Assembly (NCBI GenBank): GCA_030324005.1
Contig: JARDVH010000001.1
Coordinates: forward strand, 118,766,502 to 118,830,501
Reading direction: 5' to 3'
Length of the DNA: 64,000 bases
Source of the DNA: Negaprion brevirostris
Taxonomy: Eukaryota
The position numbers were made by a program, and so were the translations under genes. Shown here piece after piece: positions 23,809-36,794 of this stretch (positions are counted from its first letter, which is position 1; each line of letters starts with the position of its first letter). The notes beneath the pieces were generated by a model, which searched no databases, was not told where the DNA came from, and was given only the letters and a program-made list of their open reading frames with translations.

Positions 23809-26800
23809 NNNNNNNNNNNNNNNNNNNNNNNNNNNNNNNNNNNNNNNNNNNNNNNNNNNNNNNNNNNNNNNNNNNNNNNNNNNNNNNNNNNNNNNNNNNN
23901 NNNNNNNNCTACGATATATATGTATATAGTTCTTCAAGTTAACAAATATAAACAGTCAACTGACTTAAGATTACGAAGGCTTTGTTAAGACCTACTGAAT
24001 GGTATCCAACACCCTGCAATATGTGGCAGCAAAAAAGTAAAACTCAAAATCTCACAAATAATGCAGAGAAAAGCTAAAATCTGGCAAGACTAAAGAAAAG
24101 TTTGAAGAAACATCATGACCTGAAGAAACCCTTGAGAAGCAGACATGTTGTGGAAAATCACCAGGGAAAAGCTCCAAAGAAACGCTTGGAAGCTGCATAA
24201 ACAGTTTAAGTTCTGCACTGCAGCAGAAGGTTCCAGAGGATCTCCTGGAAGTCCAGCTTAAACTCCCAGAGTGCAGAGTCAAAAGACCTAACTTCTGAGT
24301 TGAAGGAAAGCAATTCCTGCGAAACTTCTAAATATTTCAGTGTTCAGAAATTGCAGTTTTAAAAATTCTTGTTGGAAGCAAAATAAATTCTTGAGATGGT
24401 GGTTATTGTAGATATTAAATGCGTACAGTTAACCTACTTGAGGCTACAAAGATTTCATTCTGACCTACTGAACAGTATCCAACAAACTCCAATACTAACG
24501 AACTTTGGAAATTCCCAGTGCTGCTGGGTTCAGAAAGTGGAAAACATTCCCTTCCTACATTCAGGATCATTTGCCCTGCACGCAAACAGATTCAGTTATT
24601 GTTCACCCCCCTCAGATTCCCAAAGAGGCGGACAAGAAAAATGGTGTCATATTAACTAAGCCATTGGCAATGATTTAATAATCTCCATTTAAACCATCTC
24701 CAAGGTTTGATCTTTTCTTCAAAATGTTTAGATGAAGATGTTGCTTCCATGTCGGTAAAAATTATTTTTATTGCTTCAGTGCAATCTCGCTTGTCAATTT
24801 TTTTAAAGTATGGCAGTATTAACAACAGGTATAGTTTATGGACAGCAGTTTTTATCAAATATTTTCTTGTTGAAAAGCAATGCAGCTGGTGACCTGCAAT
24901 GTGAAAGTCAGCTTGTAATCCCTTATATGGTAGCTGTAGGATTGTCCCTACTTCCCAGGTGTTTACCGTTTGGACATTTTTACAGCAATAGCATATTCCG
25001 TCTCAATATCCTTTCTAATTAGTAACTCATAATGTTGATTTATTAAATTGGATCATGTGTAAGTTGTCGTGTGGTCTGGTGCCCCACATGGTGCATGTGT
25101 TTAGTGAGGCTGGTGAAAACACCACAGTGAATGGTCAACCAAACTCATAGAAGTTTATTGCCAGTGGGCCTCAGGCATCAGCCACGATCCTAGAGATAAG
25201 GATAGGAAGCATCTGAACCGAAGGAGCCTCCTCATTTAATGTAGAGCCAGGAAAACAAAAAAAAACTTACAACATACATTTTGAATGGTGGCCTTCAGCA
25301 AGTCTCTTCAGAGACAGCTGGCTTGCATGCAAAATACCTAAAGAAATTGATCACAGAAAATACAGCATGTTCAATAAAGGTTGCAAAGGAGCCTGGAACA
25401 AAGATTAGCCCCCCAGTTTGCATACGCAAAGGTAATGATTCCTGTCTCAGGCATGTGATCTGGTCTGGTGGAACCTTAGTCAATAAGACAGGCAATGCAC
25501 TCACAGCTTGGACTAAGGCTGTGTACCACCACCTGATATGTTGGACCCTTGGGTTTTGATTTCATGTCTGTAAAACAAATAGCACACCATCCAATTTCTA
25601 AGCCAATGTGCCAATGAAATTCCACAATCCTAGTCACCTGACATAAGACTTTGTTTTTCAAAACATGCCTACAATATGGCATCAGCTGGTCTTATTTCAG
25701 ATTCAGCCAATTTAAGGATGTAATGGGGTACATCCTCAAGAGACAGGTTCGCACTAACATCACAGCATTTGTGCTAAATTGTGCAAATATCTGACATGAG
25801 TAGTCAATAGGGGATACAATAATTACAGAAATGGCATGCAGATTTCTCTGTCAGCTGTACTTAGAAATTATCTTCCAAATGTTTGATTTTCTTGAATGTC
25901 TGCTTCAAAATATTNNNNNNNNNNNNNNNNNNNNNNNNNNNNNNNNNNNNNNNNNNNNNNNNNNNNNNNNNNNNNNNNNNNNNNNNNNNNNNNNNNNNNN
26001 NNNNNNNNNNNNNNTAATCTGACGTTTTTGGAATATTAACTCTCTAACTTAAGTCCACCGCTGACTCTGAGGATTCAAGATAAGCTTTTTAATAAAGCTA
26101 ATTCATCAGTGAGCTGTGGTCTCTTAGCTCAGTATGAAACTCGCAGAGATGATCAGAGCAATAACAGTTTTTATTTCAAAGTTGGCCTGCAGGATACGTT
26201 TCATCAAAACTAATATAAATACATAGTAATATGCTTGCCCAAAATTGAGCTCAAAGGTGTATGTTTATCTAGCTTTTAGCTTGCCAGAATTTATTTGCAC
26301 ACTGGAAGTAATTTTGCTGAAGAGGTCCAGTTTTCCCAATGCATAGCATTTTGTCAATGGTATTGTTGAATTCAGTCATATTGGACGGCAGACATTTACA
26401 GACTCCATTTTGAACATGCAGTAAATAAAAATCAGTGTTCTGTCTTCATTGTTCCGCAGCCACTTTGCCTTGGCACATTAACGTATATTGTTTCTGGCTG
26501 TGTTACTGCAAAAGAGTATGGACAGCATTGCCCAAAGTATTTGGCAGTACACAACCAAGCAGAGCAGTTATTTAATAACACTGATGCAAATGGTTGCTTG
26601 GTATTCCCATATTGCCATGAAGGTTAAATGCATTCAAAACTCATTTGATACTGTGCAGTGCTCCAGTTATTGCCTCAGCCAGTGAGAGTTGACTTGCCAA
26701 CCTAGTTATTCTTTCCAAATAATCATCAGCTCCATCAACTCGTTCTTTACCATATCAACTTTTCTATAAGCCTGTGCTGTGATCTGCACCTTACACATCT

Positions 26801-29800
26801 AGGTTTATAAGTAGGATCACCTAATCAATTTTCTGATAGGATTTTCAACAAAAGGGCTTGTATTTATACAGTACCTTTCACAAGCTCAGGATTTCCCCAA
26901 GCACCTTCCAGTACCTGCAGTTCACTCGCATCCTGTGCAGTTTTAGACCAAACCACAAGATCGCTTGTCTAGTAACCACTAAATACTGCATCTTGTTGCA
27001 TTAATTCATATTTTTCTCTTCCAGACCCAAATATTGTTTTCTGTGATTGTCAATCTCTTCAGTATATAAACCAAAAGATAAAATAAAAAGACCCAGCCTG
27101 CACTGCTATAAATCTTCTCTTCTATATAAATTTGATACATCCACATTTCAATTTGGCAACCCAATCAGAATGTGTAAAAAAAATCTATAGGGCATAGGTT
27201 TGCTGATCTCTAAGAATGGATGAAAGACTACCAGAATCTCCTGGCAGTTATTAAAAGCACTCTGGAAATTTTGATTCCTGGTGGCCACAGAGACCATTTA
27301 ACAGAACGGGCAGGTGCAGTGAAACAATGACACAGAACACTTACATTACTCACAAACCTGACCCCTCACCCACACTAAATTGAAAAATTATGGCTTTATG
27401 AAGTATAGGTATGAAACTTACAGGTCAAAGGTCAATCAAAGATGTTATCACATTTGTAGGAAAGAAATCTGCCAAATTAGCTTCACTCTAAATTGGCAAT
27501 CCTAATTGGACACATATTTCAAAGATTCTATAAGTTGGAAGAAACAGTGCATTTTTTGCTCGAATAAATGATCTTAATTGTTTTTCCTTTCATTTCTACA
27601 TTTTTTTGATCAGTTGACCTTTATCAGTAGGCTGCAATTTGTGGAGAAAATTGGTCATTCATCCTTTTTACATCTCTCCTGATTTTTAATTTCCATTAGC
27701 TCCAATAGCGTACACGTATTGTACACTATTGGGCAAGGTCAGAATTTACCTTGATATGTCGTAAGGTAAACCTGTGTATTTTTTGTATTTTCATGGGATC
27801 GGTTTTGATTCCTCTTATTTTAGGCTCAGATGGGTCGTCACACACTCTCCACTCTTAGACAATCAACAGGACTGGAATTCAGCAAAGGAGCAAACAAGGA
27901 GCAATACACCTGCAACTATCTCACACACCAGTCTTCAGTGCCACCATCCTGTCACAGGAACAGGATCGGAATAGAAGCCAGATGATGTAATTGAGATAAA
28001 AAAACATTCCTGGTAACATTGTAGGAAAGAAAAACTGCAAGAACGAGGCAGAGAAAAAATGTTAACCAATGCGTGTAATGGAGATTTAGAGGGAAAGAGA
28101 AAAATAATAGGATTATGAAAGGCAAAATATGAAGTTAAATGATTGAACTTTCAGATTGGCTTTGTTTGTTGATCAATGATAGCCAGTGCTTCCTGTTCAA
28201 TCTGGGGCATAGTTACTCTCAGCTTTTCTCAAGGTTCAAGAAGCAATAACAATGATTCTTTCTTCACTCCATGACATTATGTGGAAGTAATGTGACTGGT
28301 TAATGTCCTGAGATGCAGGCGGCTCTGTGATGGTCTTAACCCTAGAAGAAGATGTGTGAAAGCCGGTAGCATCAATCAAGTATCCCAAACCCCCAGTGGA
28401 GAATTGGAATTACTCACACTTGTCCTTTGGGAATCCTAGACCATAGTCTTCCAATCTCTGTAGAATGGCACCCAAGTTTTGAAGGTATTCCGCTTCATTT
28501 CTTCTGTTGACTGGGCTGTCATCCAGATAGCACTGAACTCCATTCAGGGTCTAATTCATTACCCTTTGAAACAATGCAGGAGTAAATATAAAACCAAATG
28601 ACAATCTTTGGTACCAGAACAAGTGTTTGTGTGTCATGATTGTCAGAAGTTCCTGTGATGACTTGTCTACATTCATCTGCAAATAGGCTTGGCTCAGATT
28701 AATTTTGGTAAGATTTTAACTTCCTGCCAATCCCACAAACAAGTCTTCAATGCAAAGTAATAGCTACTGTTCAGCACACAACACTGGATTTATGGTGCCT
28801 TGAAGTCTCCCCAAATCTTACTGATCCACCTTTCTTGAAGACTGAAATAATAGGTTTGCCCATTCACTGATGCTGATAGGTTCCCAAACTCGAGTCTTCA
28901 CCAGTCACTCCCAAGATAGCCTCCACCTTCAGCCTAATAGCATATGGTACATACCTTGCCTTGAAACAATTTGCTTGGTTTCTGTCTTTTACTTAGAGTT
29001 TGACTGTAGTGTATTTCATGCTTCCTAATTCTTCATCAAAAACAACAGTACGCATTAAACTTGTTGTGAGGTCTGATCCTTGATTGGCCATCAAATTGAA
29101 TTTAACCCAGTTAAGTCGAATCTTCCCCAACCATGCCATCCACCAACACTGGATAGTTTCCCTTCGCTACACATAGAAGCAAATCTGCTGTTTGCCCAGT
29201 GAACTGCACAACCACTTCAGTGTGGCTCTTCAAAGGAACCACTTTACCAATGTATATCTTCATCACTGTCCTTATTGGTCTTAAGGGAATGTGTTTGAAT
29301 TTCTATCTGCAGGTAGTCCCTGCACCAGCAATATAGCTGCCGCAGTGTCAAATTCTATTCTTCCGGGTTGTCCATTCAGCAGGGAGTGACTCAGTATCTA
29401 TGTTTAGTACCAGTGATGGCTGGCACATTTAGTGATAATTCCTCCTCTGACTATGAGTCTCTTCACTTTTCTTGACTCATTTGCACAACATTTCTCCTTT
29501 TATTTTGTTTAAATGCTGTCTTGGTTTATTCTAGCTTCTTATTTTTTGCTACTTCCTGCAGTCACCTTCAATGTCCTTTTTTTTATACAGCTTCGATATT
29601 CCATATCTTTACACCAGCATTCAGCAATAGAATGCCCTGGCATTAGTCACTGGTGACGAGCTTTGGAACTCTTACGTGTCAAGTCAGCAGACATCAGTAC
29701 ACAAATTCAGTTGCTGGGCTTCCTGTGCAGCCAGCTCCATAGGAACAGCAATTCTAATTGCCTCCTGCAGAGTAAGATTACTGTCAGTTAACAGATATTT

Positions 29801-30437
29801 TTGTACTGATTCACTGCGTAGATCACAAATAAATCTGTCTTGAATAGTATCATTCAGCACATCTTCAAATTCTTAATATTCTGCAAGTCTTTTAAGGATT
29901 GCCATGAATTGCGCAATTGACTCCCACTCTTTTTGGTTCCTTTTATTGAATCTTAAAGCGCTCTGGTGAAAAATGTGCTTGCATAATGTCCACAATCTCT
30001 GTATTTTAATGTCAGGTTTGTCAAGTTGCACTAAACTACGGAGGAGATTAAAAGACATTTCCCCCATCATGCTCAGGAAAGTGGGCACTATTTGTTTGCC
30101 TGTATAAAATAGTCACAACAATTGTTATAAACGAGATCACCAGTGGGTCCTCATTTTAATCAAAAGGTCCCATGATGCCAAAAACCCTGTCATTTTCTTC
30201 ACTTAGGCAAATTTCATTTATGCACACTTCAGAACTGCATTTCCAGCAGCTGCCTTGAATTTATTACACGCAGGTTCCCTAACTAAGCTTCAGTCTCTTA
30301 TTTATCATAGCCAGCTCTATAAACTGTTTGCAGACTATGGAGACTAATAGCCTAACCTGTGTGAAATTTGACTTTTTATTCCCACATTTCCTTGGTTAAT
30401 TTCTTTCCCGATGGTTAATAAGTACATGTCCATAGTG

Positions 30438-30447
30438 CTCGTCGCCA
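30438..30447 (-). other. Primer-binding site TGGCGACGAG (complementary to 3' end of tRNA-Ser(GCU))
   Basis: Plus strand reads CTCGTCGCCA, matching the recalled 3' end of vertebrate tRNA-Ser(GCT), ...CCTCGTCG-CCA. It sits between the LTR and the gag start. Confidence 0.8.
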
Positions 30448-30452
30448 GTTTT

Positions 30453-30600
30453 TGTTATGTATTGGAGACATGATATGCAGGACAGGTTAAAAACAAATGG
30501 AGCTTTATTAATGGTATTTGATTTCTTCCATGGCAACTTCCTTTCTTTTTCTCTCTCTTTTTTCCATGAAAGGTCTGTATCACTTCTGGTGCATATAACA
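30453..30600 (-). repeat. Short (148 bp) 5' LTR of the Gypsy element
   Basis: Minus strand TGTTATATG...ACATAACA (TG..CA with TGTTAT/ATAACA inverted termini) and an internal AATAAA; lies 5 nt before the PBS. Confidence 0.8.
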
Positions 30601-31689
30601 GAGTTCTGCATTAGGCAGTAGGAATGAATACATGTATGTAACACTGTCTTTCTCTCCATCTTTAAGACACGCCTTAAAACTTATATCTTTGACCAATTGT
30701 TTTGGTCATCTGCACTAATATCTCCTTATTTGGCTGCGTCAAATAGTCAGTGTTTTGCTTCAGTAAAACATATTTTATTATTTTAAAGGCACTAAATAAA
30801 TCCAAGTTATTTATATTTCATTTAATAACGAGAAGAGAAGAACCTCTCGTGCTTCAGACCATATTGAGTTTCAGCAACGCTGGTTATAGACTTGTTAGGA
30901 CTCACAATTTGCACCTTAGGCAGGTCATAGTTTAGAATGATTGTGCAGTTAAATCAATCAAGACAGGGTGATGAATATGTCTTGTCAGAACTGCTGACAA
31001 TTATTAGCAGAGTCAGGAAATAGGATGAAGAATGCCACCATGAGGGGCAGGGAGGTTAGAAGATGTTCTCATTATAAAATAATCAATGGTAGCCATTGAG
31101 AGGTGCAATGAAGTGAATTTGAAACCTAATACCATCTCACAATACAACTTAATTCCATAAATTCTCTCATAAGAACGTAAGACTTTGGTTGGACAAGGAA
31201 AAAAACTGTTAGATTTAACAAGTTCACCTATATCTAGCTGACTTTAGAACTCATTTCTAAAATCTGCTTCAATGCTGTTTTTTGGTAACCTATTCACAAG
31301 CCTGCTACCTTTTGAAGAGATTAATTAAAAGTTTCATCTGACTTCCTCCTTTGTTCTTAATTTTCAATTTGTATGCCCAGTATGGAACCTCATCCAGCTG
31401 AAATGCATATCGTAAATCCAGCCCAGTGTCTATACACTACAAAATTATCCTGAAGTTTTCCAGAGGAATATTTTTATAAATCACTGTAGGATATAAATTT
31501 GGTCCCTAAAGTGGTGATTTCCCGACAGGAGAGTATATTGCGCAGGGATGTTCCATTCAAATAGACAGAATATCAGGCAGTGTTAATCTTCACAGCCAAA
31601 CAAATGATAGGTAAAACGCCATACTGGGGTGTAAGTTCACAAAATCAATACATAACATGTGTTAACCTGGTACATTTTGTAGCATTCTG

Positions 31690-32310
31690 CACTTTGAATT
31701 GGAGGAATGAGAGTTTGCGTCCAACTGTATAACATGAGCATAATCTAGGCTGACACTTTGGTGACCAGAGCTCCCTGGCGACCTGGCTAACATTTCTTCC
31801 TCAATGACTACCAACAAGAATCAGTAAACAAGCTATCTCATAATGTCCACAATCTGTATATTTCAATGCCGGGTTTGTCAGGTGCACTAACGGAGGAGAC
31901 TAAAAGTCATTTCCCCATCATACTCAGGAAAGTGGGCACTATAATATCTTCAGTTTACTTGTTTGCCTGCACAAAATAATCACAACATTTATTATAAATA
32001 GGATCACCCATTGGTCCTCATTTTCATCAAAAGGTCCCATGATGCCAAAAATCCCTGTCATTTTTTCATTTAAGCAGTGATGTAAGGTAATTGACATGAA
32101 ATATTAACTTTGTTTCTCTCTCCACGGCCTGAGTAATTGAGTATTTCCAGCATTTTCTGTTTTTGTTTTAGGTTTCTAGCATCCTCAGTCTTTTACTTTT
32201 GTATCTCACTACTTCTTGTGAGACATTGCTATGTGCACAAATATATATCTGATCACAATAATCAACAATGTAATTCATTCTGCGTGAGACGTTTTGATAC
32301 TTAAAATCTA
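31690..32310 (+). mobile_element. Deu-domain SINE interrupted by a 361-bp insertion
   Basis: gagcataatctaggctgacact...tttcttcctcaa...tatctca | insertion | tatctcactacttcttgtgagacattgctatgtgcacaaat. Confidence 0.65.
31841..32076 (-). repeat. Second copy of the Gypsy gag 5' segment (homologous to 29984-30209)
   Basis: Clear collinear similarity (taatgtccacaatct...ctcaggaaagtgggcacta...tcaaaaggtcccatgatgccaaaa...ccctgtcatttt). It has an extra ~17 bp relative to the first copy. Confidence 0.9.
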
Positions 32311-34494
32311 TATAAGCACATGTTTGTTCTTCTTTCTAATCCTGCCAAACAGAAGTGGATCTTTGGGTTTGTACTGTGGGTGATGAGGCAGTGAGAATGG
32401 ATTAATTATATATCCACATAGATTGCTTGCAACATACAGCTTGAATTTGAATTTCTTATTAAATTCTAATCCTGCGTCTTCTAGCTGCCAGGTGGCCCTC
32501 ATCATTTTTGACATACAGGCAGTCTTTCACAATAGCTTGATTAAAAGCACAGATTGGTGAAGCCAACATATTCATGGCAATCATTTCAACAAGTTAGATC
32601 TGATATCAGCAACTTCATACACACATAGGATAGGATGATTGTTCAAAATGACCTTAATGCATTTCTCCACCTCTCATGATATTGCCGCGCAACAAGATTA
32701 TTCTACAATATTCTGAGAGAGGATCTTTCTTGCTTTTTATACATAAACTTCAACAAGCTGTTGCGCATTTATTGTCTCAAAGCTGCACAAAACCAGACCA
32801 AATCAGATTAACTTGAAACTCTTTCTGAGCTGGAATAATTTTTCTCTTCGTGAAATCAAAACCACACTGGGTCCTGTCATGCAGACTTGGCTAGGCGAAA
32901 CACAAAAATAGTTCCTAATGAGATTCATGTAGCACAAGTCATCTTATTGCAGACGATGTCAATGGTTTGTTGGAAGCTAAGTGGTTTTCTTTTAAGAACG
33001 GATGAGCATATTTTAAAGTCATATATGACTTCAGTTTTGAAAAAGATCGGCATACTGAATTTTACAGATTTAGTCAAGAACAGGCTTACAGTTAGTCAAT
33101 AGTAGAGACTGTATGTGTAATTTTGATAACCTTCAATACTGAGAAGACTTCTCATGTTAGTAAAATAATCAAAAGCTCACTGATGAAGACTCAGCACCTG
33201 GTGGGGCCTGTCTTCACCTTGTCCTTTTAGTTGTGATAAAATAATTGAAAGTCTCACTGGGTTGTTGAATGAATGGTAAATTGATCCTTGTATCATTCTC
33301 CATATCTACACTGTCATTCTTCTATGTGCTATACTAAATTACTTTTCGATCATAGAAGCTTGCAGCACCATTAAGAAAACAAGCCCCTCTTGTCCTCCTG
33401 TTGACTGAAATGCACAAGAGTGATAGAAGAGGTAGCAGCCAAGCAGGAATATTGTAATAGGAATACATCAGTTTTTAAAATGTGTTTTTCACAACATTGA
33501 TAAGCATTTTGAACAACAGTGCTAGTCTTGATCCAATGGCTGCAGGCTATTAATGAAAGACATTGTTTTCGAAGGGCTTGCTATGTATCCTTCTTTTTCT
33601 GCCGAAAACTGCTGATCCCCCCCTCCCACATGGTTTGCTGATTGACAAGATGAATCATTCATAATCACAAGCTGCCATCTTTTATCACCTCTGATCCTCA
33701 GCATACAGTCATTTGCATCAAAGATCTACTCTTTCTAAACCTCTCTGACCTCCTGTGATCTCATCTTTATCAAAAGAAAGAAATAATGAATCTTTTCAGT
33801 GGTGAGTTGGCTGAAGCAGCAGTTGGGGTGCTGTAATTGGCCTCGGTGAGCTTGGGCTCGGGAGAAGAATAAAAGCAGCTAACGGTCCTGCTTCTGATTA
33901 TTAACCACTAGTTTCCACTGGTAAGTACATGTGTGTATGTGTGCACAGATGTTAAGTGAGAATCAGCTTTGTGTCGTAATGCCCCCCTGATAATAAATAG
34001 CCTGGCAACACTCAATGTCTAGGCTGATGGCTAATTAATGACAGTTTAGACAAGTCCCAGAGGGCTATGGGTGCCAGTGATGCTGCATCCCAGCATTAAT
34101 CACCATCTTTCAGGAAAGAAAAGAGGAATAATAACTACTTCTCTGTTTTTCACCTCCTTGTAATGGCATAGCAACAACGAGAGACTGTCTGCTCCAGGTG
34201 TCAGCTCTCCTTGTATTCGGGGAGTGTGTGTGCATGAGGTTGCACCATCTAATGGATGGGATGAAGACGGATGGATCTATGGTATCATCCCACCTTCTGT
34301 ATGTTTTGTTTTGTTTTGAACTTTTTGTATGTCAGTAAGTCACCTTATGATGCTAACAAGGTGTTACTGGCTGCTTCTGACTGTTTAAGGACCAGATCTA
34401 ACTATGGCTGAGTGAAAAAACAAACATTGAAGGCTCGCTATATAAACTGAAATATTGCCATACCTTTCGACGTGGCTTCTAGAAAATAAATGAA

Positions 34495-34720
34495 GATTGC
34501 ATTTCCATAGTGCCTTTCATGAATTCAAAAAAACTGCTTTGCTTTTCAAAATAGAGCCATGGACCCTTGTGTGTCCACCTGAACGGGCAGTCAGGATTTT
34601 GATTTAACATTTCATCTGAAACACAGCAGCGCTGACAGTGCAGCACTCACTGTGTGCTGCACTGAAGAGTCAACTGATACTTTGTGAATTGGAATTACAC
34701 TTCTGACAAAGAGGCACCAG
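34495..34720 (-). mobile_element. Deu-domain SINE fragment
   Basis: ttgcatttccatagtgcctttcatga; gtccacctgaacgggcag; tttaacatttcatctgaaa...gacagtgcagcactc. Confidence 0.65.
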
Positions 34721-36667
34721 TAAATCTAAAGCTTAGCTAGAATGAACTGATTATTTGAGTCAAGGTATGCTGGTACACATGGGACTGCTTAAATACCATT
34801 TTAGTATTTTTATTCCCAGTATTGGGATTTCAATCTGTTGGCATAAAGTTTAAGAGATTGGAAAGGAAGACATAAATCTTATTATAGAAAAATGCCAACC
34901 CTTTTTGTGATGTTGGTCAATTAGAGCTTATTTGAAAAGTTGAGAAATGTTTGGGTAAAATTGACTGATGTGAGGTTTTGGCATATGCAGTTCCTATTTG
35001 CTATGACATGGTGAAGATGACTCAGTACAGCACAGTTCTGGGTTTAATCTCCAAAGCTGTGAACAGATCCTAAATGTGATACATCAACTTACATGCCAAA
35101 AACCTGTGGCACGACTCATACCATAACTGTAGAAAAGATTAAGAGTAGCAATGTGACAAAATGGTATTTATATATTTTTCCTCCTCCTTACTCTTTTTTC
35201 CAGTATTTTATTTCTCTGATTTCTGACTGAGATTTGCAAGTGCTCCTCCTGTTTGTCCTCAGAGGAACATGTGAGGAAATAAAATATCTGTGAATGTATG
35301 ATCATCAAGGATTCATAGTGTGGGAAAGCTTTAATAGATGATTTTGTCTGGTGCTATTGATTCAGGAACAGGACAATTTCCATGATGATATTTTGCTTTT
35401 GTTACCTAGGCAAGAGAAATGCCTACAGTTTCTCTCTCAATGTTGAATATGAAACATCAATGTTCTCTCAACTTCCTACTTGAGGATCATTGTTTTACAC
35501 GTGAGATTTCTGGCAAATGTTTGGTTGGCCGCTTAATTAGGTAGGGGTCTGTAATCAGCTGAGTTTATATAATTAGATGCATGAATGGACCCTGAAGAAT
35601 TTTATTTTTAATCCGTATCTAGATTGCATCCTGAGAGGTACTATCAAATAAGTTCTCTGTTCTGCCATGCAGAGGCAATTGCAATTAATAAATATTTGTT
35701 TACCACAAATGCTTTTGAATGATTTGGTCTTTTGCAGCAGACATCAATTTGTCTCGGCGCATGACTAACCTTCTTCACCCGAATTCTTACTGACCAAAGA
35801 ACTCGAGCATTGCTGCTTTGAGCAGGAACCAAGTGTTCCCCGTTCCCATTTTAATGGTACATGCTTGGGTGTGAGGAAATCTTTCCTGTCCAGATTATAT
35901 GCTCACATTGTCAGACATATTACTGGCTGTGCCTCACTAGCAAGGATGATTGTCTTTTATCAGTCCGAACATGGCCGATGAGGCCAATTTGGAATCTGCA
36001 GACTTTCAGCACAGAGTGGAAATGACATATTAGCAACATGATGACCTGGCTTGTTATCAGTTTACCTTGTGCAACAAAAGATGAATGCCAACTGTTTTTG
36101 GACTGGTGGATTTTTCAGTTGCTGTTCCACATGTTTTCTTGGAAGATAATGTTGCATCCAAAGCAAAGATTTTCAGCTCCTTAGCAAAACAAAAACAGTA
36201 TCAATAATGGACATTTATAAAGTGCCTTTAACACATTAAAAAAAACTAAAAGTCTTATTTGATATAATTTGATACCAAGCTACATATAGGGATATTATGG
36301 TAGGTGACCAAAAGATTGATTAACGAGGTGGGTTTTGAAGAGTGACTTAAAGGAGAAGAAAGAAGTTGGAGAGGCTGAGAAGTTTTGGAGGATGTTAATT
36401 CTCCCTGAATGGATAATAATGGCCCATAATTTATAGTGAGTGCTATATTTTTGCAAAAGTGCTACAGCAACTGCAGGCAGGGGCAGACGCCTGATTAAAA
36501 TTTGAAATCCAAACATTGGACCACTTCATGATTAGCTTTGTGAAAGCAGCATCATATTGTCTACCTCAATCTGAAATGCATTGAATGGTGTGAAGCTGCT
36601 GTACCTGCACAGTAGATGCAAGCTAAAGTTGAAACAGAAAGTCCGAGCTGGTTTGAAATGACACGTG

Positions 36668-36794
36668 GAGTGGGATTTTACAGCCTCGCTCATCCCAAAA
36701 CTTTCTAATCTGGCCCGAGATCAAAGGAACTTTCTATTGTCCATCCCTGGCCTGCTCCGATTCCTGGGGCGGACAGGGCAGTAAAATTCTGGCC
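36668..36794 (+). mobile_element. PIF/Harbinger-like MITE, same family as 11806-11930
   Basis: GAGTGGGATTTTAC...GTAAAATTCTGGCC termini; internal cccgagatcaa. Confidence 0.7.

Larger units (their letters stand above)
27845..30600 (-). mobile_element. Decayed Ty3/Gypsy (Mag-like) LTR retrotransposon: 5'LTR-PBS-gag-PR-RT-RNaseH, internally deleted
   Basis: Minus-strand translations, broken by stops and frameshifts. Gag: PTFLSMMG..FNLLRSLVQ, ESIAQFMAILKRLAEY, DVLNDTIQDRFICDLRSESVQKYLLTDSNLTLQEAIRIAVPMELAAQEAQQL, plus two degenerate CCHC knuckles at ~29555-29660. Protease: GQPGRIEFDTAAA (~29335-29375) and AWLGKIRLNW. RT: QCYLDD...LQRLEDYGL..PKDKCE (~28415-28535). RNaseH: AESNYA/IEQEALAII (~28175-28225). 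PPT-like AAGAGTGGAGAG at 27856-27845. Confidence 0.9.

Noticed and set aside
29651-29660. Plus-strand TGGTGACGAG resembling a PBS
   Set aside because: Wrong strand and inside the gag zinc-knuckle region; the real PBS is at 30438-30447 (-).
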